Below, piece after piece: positions 52,351-64,000 of a DNA stretch of 64,000 nt. Both the position numbers and the translations under genes were made by a program. The stretch's first letter is position 1, and the number at the start of each line of letters is the position of its first letter. The notes under the pieces were generated by a model, which worked only from the letters and a program-made list of their open reading frames with translations, did not search any database and had not been told where the DNA came from. The DNA comes from Tubulanus polymorphus. Lineage: Eukaryota > Animalia > Nemertea. The DNA is taken from assembly GCF_964204645.1 (NCBI RefSeq), contig NC_134025.1, positions 11,160,001 through 11,224,000 of the forward strand. Reading direction: 5' to 3'.

Positions 52351-55300
52351 ACGACACCACCGGCAAACGTACGAACTAAAAGTAGCACATCGGCAAACAG
52401 CTAGAATGTCAAACGAAATGTTAGTATGTTACTGGAAGCTTGTATTCGCATTGGATTTCACTGATGGTTTTTCTCATTGAGCTCAGATCTCAGATTTTAA
52501 GGGATAATCGTTGTACGTACAAAAATCCGACGAAATACACACGGAAAGCCCACTGAGTAGTGGGATGTACTGCACCATCGTACATCAAAAATCGCTTCGT
52601 TGAGATAACACTGAAACTTTTCATCATCGATAAAGATTAGATGACACGTTGTTTGCTTAATCTACGAGGGGCATAGTAAAATACTTCTGAGGTATTTGCA
52701 TACGGCGAATCTTCGTAGACGAAAGTTATTTTTCTTGTAAAAATGAAATTATTAGAACGCCGTTCGATCCTTTTTTCAAAGCAGTATAAGTTAGCCTTGA
52801 TAACAGCGCCATGGATATTGGAAATACAAATCAACGAATTCCATTCTAACTATATTGATTTGTTTTTTGTCAACCGACCGTGTTTAAATGGTTTCGGATC
52901 AATCCGGTAAAAATCCGACCCCGAGTCATCGCCCGATGTCGTTCCAATTAATTTCACGTGATTGCAGTGTAATAGCCAAGTTCCCCATCTCCAGCCACCC
53001 CAATTTAATGCTTACTAAGACTCGTGTGCGATTGCCGTCTTTCCTCAGGGGCCACATGCTCGAGGGCTGCAGCTTCGGGAAATAAGTGATGTAGCAATTC
53101 TTTTTTTTTTATTCATTCGATATCTTAGGCCAAACGCTCGCTATCATACGTAGTTAGTCATACTACCAAAGAGGATCATATACACCTCTACGCCTCTACC
53201 CGCCGAGCTAATATCACGAACATTTAAGATTCATGTTCGACTCGTTTTGCCATCTTTAGTTTAACATAATGCCCCATTGTCATAATATGTGGTATCCACG
53301 AAACAGTGGCGAGAACACCGCGCACAAAAAAACTGTCAAATGCAGAGTTTAGTTGCCTGTATTATAAAAAAATGTGCCTAATTTGGTCACACCAACTTAA
53401 GCAGTTTTTACCCCCCGCGTTGCCTCATCAGCTCTTCTTAAAGACGCTCGTCTACACCTCCATTGCTCAGTCACTGACGAACGCAGATGGTGAATTGGAC
53501 GCATTGTTCACTTGAGCCAAACGGTATACACCGGTTTGAAAAGAGAGACCAGAAAATTGGTGTCGAGACCAGGTCTAAGCGAATTATCGCGGCAGTGAAG
53601 CTGGCTCTTTAGACCAACGGTAATTATAGAGTAGTTGGCCGATTTAGAAGACAGCAGAATGCCATGTCTTGCTCGCCTAATTACCGAGGAGGAGCTTATG
53701 AGCAACCGAGTAGAATCCGGAACCCGCCGAGACCGGCGTTTATTTTGTCACGTGTGGGTGTTTCGACGCCGATCTTTTGACTCGACTAATTTTCCCCGAC
53801 GAAAATAGCAATTATAAGTGAAACTACCCGGGCTAATGTTTTTTTTATCGCAGTCTTCTAATTACCGGGTGAAAAGGATTGCCTGCCCTCTGTAATCAGA
53901 GAATTGATGAAATGTTAGTTGTAACAAGCAATTATCCTTCGTTTGTTGTATTTACGGAAATGTATAGTTGTTGTTCTCGTTAGACGCGATATGTCCATTG
54001 TTTTTATTCCGTTTTCATGGATTTGCAATATACGTTTCTTCGCGTATTCAAATCGATCGTTGAAAATATCAGATCAACAATGAAATGAAGCGCCACGGCT
54101 GCATGCAAAGCACGGGCGACTTCGGCACCACCAGTTCTATAAAGCGGGACCAGTGATTTGAGCCCCGCGGGTCCGTTTCGTAGTCCGGTTTGAATTGAAA
54201 CCGAAGATTCATTGAGCCATAACTAGCCACTGCAGGCGAAAGTTAGACCTGGTCTATAAAATCGAGGTAATAGTTGAAATGGACGATAAAACTTGCTCAT
54301 CTGACTCGTCGATATCATTACGCTTGGCAACAAAATGAAGCGTGTAATGATTATGAGTACAATGGAAAATGAGAGGTTTCTGAAAGAGTGACAATTAGAC
54401 GACGAATCCTCACAAATACAAATAAGATATAGAGAAATGAAGCATTTCATGTCATTTACCTTTCGCTTGCGATACCAATGGGAAAACCGCATATCGTTTG
54501 GGTGGCATATCGCGTAAATGTACACGCGTGGAAATGAAAATATTTTGAAAGTGTCTTGATACCTCAGGTCGATTGATCTTCTGCGTTCTGTATTTGCGTC
54601 CAGCCGCGAGAGGCATTTCGCAATATACAACAACAACAAGCGTCCGATTTCAAAAATTCGAAAAAACTATACCGGAATCGCGCAGCGGCTATTTGTGTGT
54701 GTGTATGCGCGACGCGTTTGAGTTCGGAGCAGGTGGAATTTTCAAAAACAACACGCCTTACTGATACCGATGTTTCAACGCTTTGAAATAACAACGGCTT
54801 AAAGTGAGCTAGTTTGCAGTCGGCGTCTGAATCTTAGTTTTGTTAGAGTTGATACGCCACCACCTTTGTGTTTTATCAGCGTAAACAAACAACTTAGTCA
54901 TCTTCCGTCAGAGCTTTTTTGTATAAAAATTGAAAAAGTAGTAATGATAATATTACGTCCACTATGAAAAAAAACACTCGTAGTTATACCTACCCTGAGA
55001 GTGAGGATCAAGGTGATAGGGAGACTCATGAAATGCCGAGCAAGGTCACAAACTAGGCCCTGAAAAGTATTTTCTGTAGTGTAATTCAAAGTTCTTACTG
55101 GTTTTATACTCTGATCGGAAAAAGTAAAAAAGTACCAAACTATCTATTCTACTATAGATTAAGTTTAAGTTTACTTTAAATTTTTCATTCGTCAGTATCA
55201 AGGGCAATTCGATTGTCAGTGAAACAAAATAAAAAAAGAAAGTAACAACAAGAAACAATGTACACAATGCTGCATTTAGAAAATCCTTACATTTCTGTTG

Positions 55301-55683
55301 CAAAAATGTGCCTAAAAAAAGTCCTCGAAAAAGCCTTATGCAACTCATAAATTGAATATGAATTATTAAGAAATCTGTTTATGTTCGTTTCAACTGTTAT
55401 AGAAACATTCGCGCTTAAAAGTAATAAACAGATTCAGTCATTTAAATACTTGTAAAAGTAAATAGTTTACCACTGTTTTCATTTTCTTCCGTGTGTATAA
55501 AATGTATGTAAATGGCATAGAATTGAAAAGATAATATCCGACTCAAACCGCCAAAAGTACTCGTCGATGACCTTGACAATCGAAAAAACTACTGCACTTC
55601 TATCTATCAATATGTTATTTTGATTAGTTTGACACTAATACGAAGGTACTAGAACTCGTCGCCGGTTTTCAAATAGTACATAA

Positions 55684-55703
55684 ATGATGATGATGATGAT
55701 GAT
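55684..55703. repeat. (ATG)n microsatellite
   Basis: atgatgatgatgatgatgat. It explains the MMMMMM ORF start. Confidence 0.9.
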
Positions 55704-57734
55704 TGTGTTCCCATACACGACACGAATAGGGCACTATTATACTCGTCGTTATTCCGTTGAGTACTTCGCCGTGTCATTATCCTACGGGAATTCTTACCGT
55801 ATCATATTGATAAGTACGTGTAGTGTGCGTGAGTATCGCATAAACGCACTTGATACAGATATAATTAGTAATTAGACAATTCATCCTATTGCATCTTCAC
55901 ATAGATATAGATATATAAATAGTGGTATGCTGTAAGCAAAGCACTTATTGACCTTTTCGAAATACGCTGTCTCGTCACTGGAGCTTCCGTTGCAAAAATT
56001 CAAGAAGCCAGTTGCAGGCCAATTTGGTACTATGGCTAATCTAGCGACTTGGTACCAGTCTTGTGATGTATGTTGTCTTACATAAATCCTCTCAACAAAT
56101 TGACTCGGCCGTTTTCAAAAGTATCATTCCGACCAATCGAATATGCAGCTAGGTCGTCTGCTGTAGGTCTCAAGGTCAAAAGCGCACAAATATTTCAAAT
56201 TCCATTGAATTCGATAACGATATCTAAAATCGGCTCGTTATGCGTTGCGATGAGTTTAACAAATCTTTGTTCTAAATAAAATGTGTGTGAATTGAAATTT
56301 ATTTCTAAGACGGTTTAATTTCTAGGTGCTCGTTCCGTACGTGGAAACATGTTGCATTGATTTTTCATTGTCCACTTATCACCGCGAAATAAATATATAA
56401 ATCTTTAATTCTTTTTGCATTATTTATATTGTTTACGTTGGTTTACTGACAATATTCAATTAGTAGAGTAAGCATCTTGTCAGTGCGTCAGAGGGTTCAA
56501 TCGGGAGGAAACTCCGTTACAATGCCGGAATGTTTTCATTATCGGGCTAATTGGGGTCTATCGCGCTACAAACTCGATGGTGATGAGCAGTTCATCAAGG
56601 GGAACTCGTGGTTATTCTTTGACAAGATAAAAACGTGTGATGATGATGATGTATAAATAACGCCGTAATATGAAAGAAGATTGCGGCCTGTTCCCGGTTA
56701 CCGAAACAGCCGCGTGTACGCGGGACGAGACGCGCGGGTCAACCGGGTGCAGAATGCGGAAACCATTCACAAGATCAGACGCGTATCATCTGCGCGTCGA
56801 AAGGTGCCGGCGAAGTCTCGGAAGTCTTTGATAAGAAAATGATGCTCAATCAGCCGCATCATCATCCGGTACAATGGTTTCCAGCGTTGCGTTCCGAATC
56901 GGCGTTAAATAGGTCAACTGAGATTTAACTTTGCATACGATCGCGACGATATGTAGGTCGGTTTGGTGCGCACATCTTGTACGCACTCGGATAAATAATG
57001 ACACGCACACATGTATTTCATCTGATCTATTTGTATATGAAATTTCATCCGCGCAAACTTCCCTCAGTCTTCGAGTGTTCGCAAAACGGAAAACAACTGA
57101 GTTCTAACTATCCGATATTGGCTGAACAAACAATATCAGTCGACAAAACAATAGCACCACTTATAATATCACGTAGAAACAACGTTCGGGCACCTGTATA
57201 AATGAATGGAACATCTTCGCATTTTACAGTAGCGCCATACTGTTGAATTTGTTTATAAAAAATCAAGATGAAAAAACACGAAATAAGCATTTCTATCGGC
57301 GATATTTCTAGCCTAGATGAACTTGTGATCGGGACCGATTGGGATCTGCCTCAACGACAGATGTGCATAGAGCTTTTCACGGAAATGGGAAGGACGCGAA
57401 TGAGACTGGCAAAAACAATATTCAAAATCGATCAATATCTCCTTGGCTGAGATTGGGGACACGCGAAAAATGACATGGCATTCCAATGTGACAGTTAAAT
57501 TCCTTGCACTCACCAGGATCGATCCCGGAAAAGTTTGCTTTAAGGTCTGGTCTGTGGTAATACAAGTGTCGTATCCGCGTTACACAATGCGGAAAGGTCT
57601 ATCAAATCGATTTCAATAATAATATAAAAACCTGCAAAACAGGCTTCAATCGACGTGTAATTCCTCGATTAAATCATAAAAAAGGCGAAAGCAAAAACCT
57701 TTAACTTCGTAGAGAAAGAATGCTCTATTAAGTA

Positions 57735-58106
57735 CCATTTATTTTTCCGTAATGCGGCTTATTTTTCTGATATATCTCAACTTATGTCTATTTCAAAGTG
57801 GTAACGTTCGCTTACTTATGTAAGGACTTACGGGAATTTCAAGATTTATCCATTTCTGATTTCGGTAATTCAGTTTACCTATTTGCTTGGCTTTTTTGTA
57901 TATCAGCACAATAAACAAAAAATGAATTGAATTGCTTTCTTTATCAAGCTCCATTTGTTAAACAATTGGGCATATTTTTCTGATATATTTCATAATTACG
58001 TCTCTTTCAAAGTATTAACGTCTTCTTATTTGCTTTCTTATGTGTGGACTTAGAGAATAAAACGATTTCTCCATTTCTGATTTTAATCGATACAGTTTAC
58101 ATATTG
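57735..58106 (+). repeat. Old diverged tandem duplication, ~150-bp homology, period ~215
   Basis: The series ccattt..tatttttctgatatat..gtc.ttcaaagt..taacgt..cttatgt..ggactta..ccatttctgattt..cagtttac occurs at 57735-57885 and again at 57951-58106. Confidence 0.85.
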
Positions 58107-58661
58107 TATATCGGCGCAATAAAGAGATATTGAATTGAATTGCTCCCGCGGCTTTGAGCGCGAATCGATCAGGTTGAAGGAAACGTGCGAAAGTTTTCTC
58201 GCCGCACGACTCGCGGTCGATGCGAAGATAAACCGACGATTAAGCGCGAGGAGAGATTTTAAATTTAATTGCAATTGATCATTCGGCGTCAGTGCCGGCT
58301 TACCGCCAGCTTCCGCGCGCGCGCGTATGTACGCGACCTATTAATCGCCCATCGACAAGTCCTCAAGTAGCGAATGTCAAAACTTCCATTCACGCATCGA
58401 CTAATTTTCCATTAAGAAGATGCGTCGACGAGGCATTTGTGGTATAAACGTCAATTTGGGGATTAATTTCAGGGAAAGTAACTGCTGCTAGTAGATGTTA
58501 TTGAACAATTTGATTGAGGTCATCAAATGCGGGTTTATTCCACGTCTCTTGTTGAATATTCGCAGTCGTAGGTCAGTTCGATGTTTTCGACCATTGAGAT
58601 TATCGAGATATTACGAATTCATTGAAATACGGTTAAATCCTGCAAAGTGCCATCAGTGCAC

Positions 58662-59109
58662 TTTTTTGTACGGAAAAATAAAGAAATTAACCTGAGTTTG
58701 TCGACCCCTTGAAAAATAACACATATATTCCGTTATATTGTTGACAATGAAGATTACATATAAATCATATGTAATTAAGGATCAATGAAGTTATTTTGGA
58801 ATTGAATATATCGATAATTGAATTGAATTGACTGGCAACCAGTCTAACCCAGATATATTGATGACGTAGTGTACATCCTCTCAACAAGTATGATTATCAA
58901 AATTTATCAAAAAACAAAATAGAATGATAGTTAAGAAATATATCCAATAACAAAATGAGCGCCAAAATTCACAATAGTCATGTAATTGTTCTTTTTAAAC
59001 GGCAATATTGATGACGGAGTGCACATCGACTCACACCGAACCCCTTATACAACGCATACTAGGCATCAATGTATATAAACATTATTATAAAGGTTTTTAC
59101 TCAGTCAAA
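58662..59109 (+). mobile_element. ~435-bp dispersed repeat family, copy C
   Basis: accccttgaaaa..., tatatcgataattgaattgaattgactggcaaccagtcta, atattgatgacg(t/g)agtg.acatc twice, and the end aggtttttactcagtcaaa. Confidence 0.85.
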
Positions 59110-60449
59110 CAAATATTTTCACGATAGTCAATGGTTTTTCAACAAATACAAAAAAAGAAAACAGGTTTTTGATAACTATTGGAACGACTGTGGTATCTAT
59201 ATTGCGTCAGTTAGTGTATATTGCTACATATCATAAACATGCGACATACATGGCCAAGAAACCAGAGTTCGTAACGAATAAAAACCAACAGTATATCTGT
59301 AGAAACAGTCCTAACAGTAGCGAGGTTAAAACTAGACCTCAGAGGAACAAAACATTTGTGTTTTTATTCGTTAATTCTAACACTGAGATTTATATCAGTT
59401 CACTGCAACCAGAGTTCGTATTTCATAATGTAAACAATCCGTTGTGTCTAATCAGTATATTCAAAGCGCCGGAAATCCAAAATAATGTATTTTCCTTTCG
59501 GTGCAAATGATAATAGGTGTATTGATGTATCTATTTTCAATGTTGAAACATTATTTGTAACAATAATCCGTATACAAAAATAGCTAAAAGTTGAATAGGT
59601 CGATTGTTTCGTTGCGTCATTCGTACGAATCGACGCAATTAACTCAGTGGCTTCTTAAATTCGGCATGTTCATCGATTCGATGCGACCGTCAATCAATCT
59701 ATTAATATTACGAAAATGAGTATTATTTTCAATCGGATCTGTTCGGTTAAATGCATTGTTAAATTCCGTCGTCCGATCGGGAACTTCTCATTAAGACGCG
59801 CCCATCGGCGTTCGTTAATGAGAGCATTCCGACGCAGGCATAGGTCTTTAATTGCTCGCCCGATTGAAGTCACCTGTCCGAGTTTCCAAAGTCAAGTCGA
59901 AGTATTCACAATTAATTGTTGCACAACAACTTCCGCACATTCACACGCGGTCAGATTGGTTAAATTCGAACAATTCGCGAATTATCCGCCCCGCTGAAGA
60001 CATGTGTATGAAGTTTCATCGGGTCGTAATGCGTTCGCTTGTCCGAGGGTATTTAGCCGGACATGTGTCAAACAACAGCCGCGGGGACGGATTAACGATT
60101 GCTCAATGTTTGGCCCGAAATCTCATTAACAACCAGCATGCAAAACCAATTTGTACTCATTATTTGGGGACAATTATCTTTTCCGTCGGGCGCCGCCTTC
60201 GAGCGCACTTACAGGTCATAGTCATGTAAATGTACAAAAAGAGCTTGTTTTCCCTCGTGGTACTTATAGTGACCCACGAAACGACTAGGGGACTTTCAGC
60301 TTTCTCAAAGTATTCTTAGTATTGTGTTATTGTGATTGAAACTTCAGGTTAAACCGGCCCCTGGCCTGTTATTTCGATGAAAAGTTTTTCATTTCATTTC
60401 ACAATTCTGTTTTCAGTGAAACATACATCATTTCATTTTCTTCGTCTAA

Positions 60450-60568
60450 CCTTTACGCGCCAAGAAAATCGAACTATAATCATAAGACAAGTTTAAATAA
60501 CCGTAAGGCCTTTACGCACAAGAAAAAAATCAAACTATCATAAGCCAAGTTAAAATAACCGTAAGGCC
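60450..60568 (+). repeat. Imperfect tandem duplication, period ~59 bp
   Basis: cctttacgc..caagaaaa..c.aactat..cataag.caagtt.aaataaccgtaaggcc occurs twice. Confidence 0.9.
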
Positions 60569-61149
60569 GTTGGGTTTTTGAAGATTCAATTCGTGGGATA
60601 ATATTTTCTTTACAAGCAAGTTTTGATACTCATCTCAGATGCCATTGACTACGTGTGAATAAGCGCGCTCCGAGTATACTCGAACGGGGGCACTTCCCAT
60701 GGACTTAGTGCGCATGGCTGACCCCTCTTTCGGAGTCAAATATCCAGTGAATGTGATTGGCTCGGCGTACCGGAAAAATCTCCTCGTAGTGCGCGTCGAG
60801 GAATTGTCGTGCAATTACCGAATTATCGTCGAAAGCGCGTAAACCAAATTTAAACTAGACATACCCTATGGCGCACCTTCCCGCGCGGTTATGTATAGTT
60901 CATTGTTTTCTGAATAGATGTACGCGCTCGTAAAAGCCGGAGGACCGAAGATTTTTATGAGGAGCCAAAAACGGGTGCTTATTATTCCACCGTGATGGCG
61001 CGGATCATCCGATGTATATACGTCGTATTTCAACGGCTTATAACATAAATGTTAAATCCCACAATTCAATGGATAACTAAAAAGTTCAATCGAAATATAG
61101 AAATGTTTCAGGTGGTTTCTACCGCCCTTCTTCAGTCTGAAATGACGGC

Positions 61150-61582
61150 TTTTGACGCGTTTAACAACAAAACTAACTTAAAAGTTTATTAACCCCTTGA
61201 AAACAACACGTTTCGTATCGCTTTATATTGCCGACAAATAACAAGAATAATATGATATAAATCATCAAGGAGCAATAAAGTTGTTTTAGTTTTGAATATA
61301 TCGATAATTGAATTGAATTTACCGGCGACCAGTCTAGTTTCGATATATTGATGACGTAGTGCACATCCGCTCAAAAATAGTTATTGAAATTTATTAAAAA
61401 TAAAATAAGGGTTATGAAATACATTTGATTACAAGATAAACGCCAAAATTCATAATTGTGATTGTTATTTTGAAACGCCAATATTGAAGACGTAGTGCGC
61501 ATCAACTCACGCAGAACCCCTTAACGCATTCTAGGTATCGATGTATATAAAATTATAGTTAAGGTTTATACGGCGTCAAAAA
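61150..61582 (+). mobile_element. ~435-bp dispersed repeat family, copy D (best-preserved TIRs)
   Basis: The left end ttttgacgcgtttaac is the inverse of the right end gtttatacggcgtcaaaa. The internal blocks are the same as in copies A-C. Confidence 0.85.
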
Positions 61583-64000
61583 TCACGCATTAAAACAATA
61601 TCTAAAAGTCAATATGAAATTATTCGCAAAAAGACCTTTGGCGTCATCTGCACCGGCTTCCACTCTGCTAATTACCTTGATATATTGCGTGGGAATCTGA
61701 AAATAATTGGTATTATTCGAATAGATTTTAAATTAGGTTCATCGTTGGAATTCACATAAGCTCAATTCAAAAGTTGAACCGAGTACAGAATAAAACGGAC
61801 ACATGGTTTACATCTAAATAGTTAGATATGATAACACAACTCTCGTCATTCAAGAGGCCCGTTAACTTTTGTTCAGGAAGAATGCTTATTAATGAAAGGA
61901 TAAAAAGGTTGAACTTCAGAACATAACCATCTGGATCGCGTTCTTCGAGTTAAAATTCTAATCTTCGAGTCAGGGAGTTCATTTCCAATGTACTTCAACT
62001 CTCCACAAGAAGATGTTAGAAACCGAGTTCGACCTACTGGAAGAGAGCAACATAACACGCGATCACTCGGAGACGATTTGGCCCGGGCCAAATTGCAATA
62101 TATCGGGCCCGAATCGAACAGGCGAGGGCCCATCATCTGGCACCCGTGTGGACAGTTGTTCTGGACCAAAAACGCTTGTGTGATCGCGGCCTCATCGACG
62201 TATTTACAAGCGCAGTGCAATTTCACTGCACACAAGGACTTCCGGTTCTTCGGTCGATCGAAAGAACCAATTTAAGATGAAACAAAGGTGCATCTATAAA
62301 AATGAAATGTATAATGCTACAGGTCATTTGGCAAAGCATGATACAATCTTCACTGAGCCTATTTATATACTAGTGTTATTCCGGTGATGAAGTCGGTTGG
62401 CGGTGACTTACATCTACGAGTAACTATGGTTGAGATGGTTGCTTGTAGGTAACAATGGATTGAGATGTACTAAATACTGATGTCGCATTAGACTAAAACC
62501 CCGATCTTGTAAATGCCTTGACTTAAACTCAACTTATGAATCATTGTAACGTAATTGCAGTAGTTTGAAAGTAATATCGACGCAATGAATTACGTAATGA
62601 AATATACAAAAAAATACAGTATTGAATTGCATTGAAGTGCCTTGCAAAAGTTCCTTGCCCGAGTCGGATCATGCGATTTACGAACGGCAAATTCAGCTGA
62701 AGAATAATTGTCAAAAATCCGTCTATGTGTTTTCTTAAGTTTCTTTTAGCAGGAATTGCATTACACTAGCATTTTGGTGTCAGGAGTCACAGTTTGTTTT
62801 TTTTTTATTCATAACCCGCTAAAGCTTTTTTGTTTGGATCCGTTTTCCAGAAATCTGCAAAAATAATTTTTCTAGTCTTCCCGCGCGTTTTCATCACAAA
62901 TTTTCAATTAGAAAGATTATGTCAGTTACGTGATTATTTAGATATACTAGTAACTTGCAAAAGTTATGTTCGTTTTAATTCTTAATCTCGTGATTCCCAT
63001 AAAAGTTAGATTTCTTTCATTTCTCCTATCATTTAAATCGAAAATCAACACAAATTTGATTTATTTTTTATTTTTTTTCTGCAGCCCCTGCGAGGTCCTA
63101 TGTGGAAAAAATTAAAACAATGAAAAAGTTTTACTTAATTTGTTCACGTTCCCTTCCAATTTTAAACGCTTATCACAACTTTTTCAAAATTTTACAATTT
63201 TTTAGTATTTTTTTCCCCTTCACCCTCCTATTTTTTCCTTCAAAAAGATCCATACTCAATTAAAATCCGTACTCAATGATCCATAAAAAGGCTGCTAAGT
63301 AGTGGTGTTAGTCGACACCATGAACCTTGATATGCTCCAGCACCATGGCGCCGAAAGAATACAAATTCAATCCAATCAAATTCAAATATATTTAGTTCAC
63401 CACTCGTTTATATGAAAAGCTATTCATTATAAATATATCTTAGCGTTTAAATGTGTACACGGTTGAGAAAAGCATTTATTTGTATCAGTCGATCTAGTCA
63501 GAAGAGAAATCATAAGCAACTTCTGGCGAAAAGGTTTACAAACGCTACTACGCCTGTTTACTTAGGAAATAGTCAACTATAGCAACTGAATCCACACGAG
63601 AAAATATACAACTGCGCGATATATATTACGCCTGTTTAACTGATTATAAATTAATCAACGAATTGGCGCCACTTAAGTTCGCGGTTGTTGTAGCCGAGGG
63701 TCTATTTTGAATTTGTGTATCTGTCTAACGAGATACACAGTTTGAAGTGCTGCTCGGCCATCAGAGATCGAGTCGATTATTTCGCCCGGGTGGTCAACGC
63801 TACACGGAGGATCAGGTTGCACCGGATTACCAGCGAAAGATTATCTAAATACGTCGGTTTATTGTGGCTGTGGGCCCGGCGTTGTCAGCTCGATGGAATC
63901 GATTGTGCGCGCAGGACTTACGGGACAAATGGGGCGCTCTCGGAGAAGTGAAGAGGCTATTGCCGTCGAGTGTATCGTCACCTGTGTGAACGCAGCAACA

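Noticed and set aside
63295-63320. miRNA-like seeds (ctaagtagt here; tatcacagc at ~26892; tggcagtg at ~50054)
   Set aside because: Matches to miR-252, miR-2 and miR-34 are limited to the seed, without the rest of the mature sequence or a precursor hairpin.

Overview
This looks like animal nuclear DNA, probably invertebrate: it is AT-rich, shows no obvious CpG depletion in unique sequence, and has long (TA)n microsatellites. I found no host protein-coding exon, tRNA, rRNA or snRNA gene, and no conserved miRNA that I recognise. Apart from one retrotransposon ORF, the ORF track appears to be chance frames, microsatellite read-through or decayed transposon sequence. The window reads as a gene desert or very large intron. 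It contains (1) one young, 5'-truncated CR1/L2-group LINE with an uninterrupted reverse-transcriptase frame at ~2756-4200; (2) several decayed LINE remnants (an RTE-like piece, an APE endonuclease piece, an L2-like linker, two C-terminal/3' ends) and a possible Transib transposase relic; (3) a cluster of tRNA-derived SINE heads at 29.7-31.1 kb, two of them inside a perfect 173-bp tandem duplication; (4) several MITE or foldback families, including a ~435-bp family with four same-orientation copies; (5) a ~745-bp almost perfect, spacer-less palindrome centred on (TA)n at 40757-41501, the most unusual structure here; and (6) patches of homeodomain-type TAAT motifs that may be enhancers. All calls come from manual reading and translation, with no database search. 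I cannot support a claim of a new biological system.
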